DNA of 58,517 nt, counting the filler, from Platydemus manokwari (Eukaryota): assembly GCA_037951405.1 (NCBI GenBank). It is 5 parts of 5 records of this genome, joined end to end, with 100 filler letters (N's around TTAATTAATTAA, not from the genome) between each part and the next. Parts side by side here need not be neighbours in the genome. Positions count along the whole stretch, not along the records: positions 49,103 to 58,517 come from JBBMOY011252652.1; 4 more parts are not named here. One strand, 5' to 3'. Shown piece by piece: positions 53,500 through 58,517 of the stretch (its first letter is position 1; every line of letters starts with the position of its first letter). The notes under the pieces were generated by a model that made no database searches, was not told the DNA's origin, and was given only the letters and a program-made list of their open reading frames with translations. Position numbers and translations under genes: made by a program.

Positions 53500-55800
53500 A
53501 CGGGATAGTGATGAATCCTAATATGAAGATAAAACCAAAGCAAAGAGGTTGTGTAACACATTCATGAACGTAAACTAACTTTGGATAAACTCATAGTTAA
53601 AAAGAAACCTTTACGATAACAAATAACGTCAGTTACAATAAAATAATTTTGACTGTGATCCATTAACATGTAACTACTATTATTGAATTGCTAATAGTCA
53701 ATTGTGCCTAGACAAGATGCTAGAACCATTAGAAAAAAATGCAAATGAAAATTTTTCAAAGATTCGATTAACAACGTAACTGGGGTATGTCCAGCTAGCT
53801 GCAGAAGATCAGAATGATCATAAATTTTACAAAACAAGGCACATGATAACAAAAAGGAATTGGCAGAGCCCTCTAACTTTTTGAAGTCGAGGATATCCTA
53901 AAATTCCTGTACTTCAAAAACATGGGAATTATTTTTTCCCATCTCGGATGATATCTAAATGCTGAATACTACTTGTAACAAAAATCTTAGCTCAACTTCT
54001 GAACCATAGAGTTTATTATTTGGATGATGAAAAAGACTAATTTCCACAATAATCAGGGTAGAAATATTTCCATAATATTATGGAGCAAAGAAGGACTCAA
54101 AGAAGGACTCGATCTTCGAACATTGATAAAGGCAAAGAAAGAATAACAGCCAGTGTGAAATTTCAATAGCTGGCTAAAAATACATTTGAAATTAGAAAAT
54201 CATTATCAGGAGGACCTGTTAATTATTTCACAAATTAAATATTAGACGAAATGTTTATCAAATATTGTGAATTCATTCACCGTGTCTTCACAATTAAATC
54301 ATCAAGTAATCCATACTTAGGCAGAGCAAATGCAGAAAAAATAGGTGAAACGGATTAGAAACTAAGGATAATGTTTAACCACTATCCATCTGCTGCCTCT
54401 GAATTAGGTACCCAATACACAAAAGTTGGCTAGCTAGTTACCAAAAATAACTTTAAAAACATTTCAAGGAGAAATCTTCCTAAATGCAAAGATTCGTGCA
54501 CATAAGAATGTTGAAATGATTGCTCATTGTAGAAACTTCCTTAAAGAGCTACACACACTGCAACTAGAGAAAACAAGATTAACAATAGATACATATATGC
54601 AGACCTATGAAAGCAAATCAAAGACAAGAATTTCACAAAGCATGTACAATATCACTGACACTCACACTTATGACATAGGGTCATTAACTACAAGTCACGT
54701 ATTGGAGACCTATTCCTCAGCAAGATTGCTGTTATAAAGTTTTCAAAACTGTTGTGGATACATTTGAAGAAACAATTTGAGAAAATTTTCCCTCATCATT
54801 CTAGAAGTGCGCTATCCGGGAATGAAATTCTCGTTGAAGTTGTATAATATAAGCGTAGGAATATTTGACGAAATGGGAACGGTAATGATAAAATTAGAAA
54901 AATACATTTATAGTAATAACAGATATGAGAGTCTTTGCGTTGTTTGTGAAACCTGAGAAGACCTTTTGGACAATAAATTGCTACATCACGTGCAATAGAT
55001 TACTGTAGTTCGATGTATTGATAAAAAAATATCTGAAAAGTTATTGATGTACCAAAATATTTATTCTCAGATAATTTTTATTCAACCGAGTCAAATGACT
55101 GTTGTGTACTACGGAACGTGACTGAGGGGAACACTATACATTCGATCATTCAAGTGTATTAATTGTTAATAAGCATAGTTTGTTTAAACTTTTTGAAGTG
55201 AATAACCAAGTTAAGACAATATAGGAAACAATAGAATTGGACAATATGCATATTCAGTAAAGTGAAAGGAGTAAAACACGGTGGATTAAAGTTATATGGA
55301 GTATCAAATATGTGTAAAAGAAAATACATACCATTGCTTTTTTTATTTTTACCAAAGTTGAGGTAAACGTTAAAATTAATCAAAGCCTTACGATCAATGA
55401 TTTAGTACGTAAAGTGCTGAGACAGTGTTTAATATCGATAGTACCAATTAAACTCGACAAATCAAATCAGAAATGGATGCTATAACACGTACTTAGGAAC
55501 TAATAGTCCAACGTTGTGAAAAATAGTGAGATGGGTGGTATACAGAAAATCATTTTATAAAGTTTAATCCTAAAAACACTTTTTATCTTACCGCAAATCA
55601 TTTATTTTATTAATACTCTATCAACGTGACAGAGTAATGGATATATTGGCCAAGCAAATTGTTAACAGTACGGACTACAAATTCCACATTAAAGGTTCCC
55701 CAAGGAAATATGAAAAAAACAAAGAAAGTGGTAGAAATATGGGAAGAAGATATTCATACTAAAGCAACTGGAAAACGTAGATAGAATTGATAGTATAACT
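53500..55800 (+). mobile_element. Highly decayed non-LTR retrotransposon remnant
   Basis: A-rich broken frames with LRQ (~GLRQG) and NHLFY (~NHLLY.DD)-like remnants near 55410-55620. Confidence 0.3.
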
Positions 55801-57200
55801 CGAGTAGCACACATATCAATGTTTTTGAATAACAATTTGTTATAAGTAATGTATGTTTTAAGATTACAGCAATGACACTCTAATATTATTAATAGTTTTC
55901 ACTAGAAATTATAATTTAAACAAATCGCTTAAAGAATCAACCCTTTCAATATAGTTCATACTTCACTATGATGCTTTTTAAACCTCACCATAAAATAAAG
56001 CTTTGCAACTCAATTATTTGAAATACATGAAACAGTTTCCTCGAATATTTCGTTATAATAAATAATAATAAGATTATTTAATATTATTGAACGATAATTT
56101 TTAGTTATCTTGATATTAATAGCTCTACAATGAGCGATAAACATCACACCTGGAACCAGGATGCTGATAAAATAAACCTTCTGTGTAAAAGCGCTATTAT
56201 TGTTCTTCTTAAAGGAACCAGATCAATATAGCTGATTACCACTTATGGTGCCAGTGTTTTCATTCATTTGATCCTAAAAAATTGAAAGCAGCATTAAATC
56301 GATTATCCCGAGAGACGTTTATATCAATAATCGTAATGAAAACACGGAGTCAAGTAATTTTGAATGAAAAGTAATTATTATAATGATATTTTTAATTATT
56401 CTAAAATTCACTGGCTACTAGCAGAGTTGCAGAAGCTTTGACTAAATAATAGGCTTTTAACAAGATCTAGTAAGGTGACAAACCTTATTTTCCAATCATG
56501 ACATGCGCGCTTGGTTTTATATCTGAATTATGTTAATCAATAACACTCGATTATTCACAGAATAAATACATATTTGTGGTTGATTCAAAGCCCTTTGATT
56601 TGATACCATTTAAGCTGTATCCAATAAAGAACGAGAATTTGGTAATAATTCGATTTGGCATATATATAGTTATGATAACATATTAATCGCTCGATTAGAC
56701 AAGTATTGAGAAAGATAATTGAGAAATAACTTTATCTTAGGAGTTTTTAAATTATAATTAGGTATCAAATATAATAATTTTATTTATTTATAATAAATGT
56801 ATGTACCAGGACTGTTTTACTAAATGATGAATGATAAACTTGTATCATTTAAGAATGTTCAAAGCATCTCTAAGCGGATAAATTTTGATTGTCAATTAAG
56901 GGTCATCAAACAGGAGAACAAAAATGATGACATTATTTGATATTCAATAAACCAAACTTATCTATAATAATAGATCTCTCTTACTTAACTAAAAAATTTC
57001 AGTTGTCAAGTCGAAAGAGATTCTTGCTGAAATCTATGGTATTTATTTGATACCTTAGCTAATAAGCTAATACGACTTATACGAGACAGATCTCATCAAT
57101 ACACATTTAAATTCCTGACATTGTGAGACTTTGCATGGTAGTTATTGAAACAAATAGTTGTCAACCAATCAAATTAAGAGCTAAAAAATGTATTTTATCA

Positions 57201-58123
57201 ATGGATGTGATTCTCATTTCACTTTCATTCATTTACTTGAATGTTATTCTTGCTCTCTACATCTGTATAATTGGTATCGATTGTGAAGACAATTTTTATT
57301 TTGAAACAACCGGTTGTGTTTACAATCGATTGCAATCAATTTCTCTCGAATCACTTATAGAATGTGCAATCCAATGTCAAATCAACAGCTGTAAAGCGTT
57401 CAATTTCAACAATTCGATGTGCAATTTATACGAATTTCGTGAGATATGCCAATCTGATACAAAGTGTCCCAATGTAACGATATTTATCAATAATCGATTT
57501 AATAGCATTGTAAATTGAATTAGCAATATAATGATAAATATTGATTAATATTTTTATTTCAGTTTGAAAGTGATTCGTCGAGTGTGGCTTTTCAATTATT
57601 CAATCATGTCAATTATCGATATGGTCATGGATCTCCATCAATATATAACATTATCAATGCTAGTCAAGCAATGCCGATTATCTTTAGTAAAGGTAAAAGA
57701 ATAATTGTAGCAATCGGAAGAAATAAATTGAGTAAATTGATTGTGTATCCTAAAACTGAATTGATTGTTAATTTAAACAAATATAATAATAAATATGGAC
57801 AGCTGGCAAACAATTTCGTGACATACTTAACTGGAGGAAATTGTACCGATTATCGATATTGTTATCATTCAATCGAGACCTACAAGAAATATATTGGAAT
57901 TCGAAATCAAGTCTTCGGGATTTCGAAGAAATTGCGAATTAACACAAAGGATTTGACAGGCATTATCATCAATAACACATGGCATGTCATTGTTAGCGGT
58001 ACATTTTGGACTGATAATATTATTAATGAAACACAAAATCTGGTAAATCATTTTGGCATTCGCATAACAAAGGAGTGGGGTGTTACAGATTGGTATATCA
58101 AGGAAAATATTTGTAAAATTTGA
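57201..58123 (+). CDS. Putative secreted protein: signal peptide + PAN/apple domain + TCAF/FAM115 N-terminal-like domain; exons 57201-57509 and 57563-58123
   Basis: Hydrophobic N-terminus; SLIECAIQCQINSCKAFNFNNSMCNLY is the PAN Cys pattern. A 53-bp phase-0 intron (GTAAAT...TTTCAG) keeps frame. Exon 2 GSPSIYNIINASQAMPIIFSKGKRIIVAIGRNKLSKLIVY...LANNFVTYL resembles the TCAF repeat (P..L.+...AFPV....G.V++AA..YG.GR+VV...L.NAV.WL). Confidence 0.65.
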
Positions 58124-58517
58124 ATTGAATGGCAGCAAATATTAAATTGAAATACAATCTGTTTACGTCATGTCGCTGATGTTAATAAATATTGTTGCGT
58201 CATTGACCGCTGATTACCATTTTATAATAATAAATTAATATTTTTAATTATTATTTTTAAAATTAAATTATCATTCAGCCAATGAGGAGTCTAGCTATGA
58301 CATTTGCACAATAAAACCCTGATGACAGCTTGCAGTGGTGATAATACTAATTATATGGGTGTTCTTGATTTCTTGTTTTGAAATTCTTTTCGAAGATTGT
58401 TGGTGATAGATTACTTGCGATATCATTACGAATAAGTTTCAATTTTTGATTATCATTTAAATTATTATTAAAATTTTTATGATCTTCAATCTTTTCTTTA
58501 TTAATTTCTGAATTATT

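Noticed and set aside
58310-58365. Hammerhead ribozyme (CTGATGA core; similar words at 39850, 43692, 44599)
   Set aside because: No correctly paired stem II followed by GAAA and stem III; expected by chance in AT-rich DNA.

Overview
AT-rich, intron-containing eukaryotic (animal) DNA, not prokaryotic. The 45-71 bp GT-AG introns and gene content would fit an invertebrate such as a triclad flatworm, but that is inference. The window is an artificial concatenation of five contigs joined by identical 100-bp linkers (44 N + TTAATTAATTAA + 44 N), so adjacency across linkers means nothing. Recognisable host-gene pieces are: the first two exons of a RERE/atrophin-like BAH-domain gene; an ADP-ribosylglycohydrolase-like exon; a multi-exon gene encoding two kringles, an unassigned domain and a TCAF/FAM115 (M60-like metallopeptidase family) region, truncated by a linker; one exon of a PRKX/PKA-type kinase; the last two exons of a clan-3 cytochrome P450; and a signal peptide + PAN/apple + TCAF-N-like gene. 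Most of the rest is decayed transposons (Ty3/gypsy, LINE-like, Tc1/mariner, hAT, a long-TIR element). The most notable observation is that two unlinked contigs each encode plasminogen-type extracellular modules (kringle or PAN) fused to TCAF/M60-type domains, which suggests an expanded secreted family. All homology calls come from motif recognition by eye; no searches were run.
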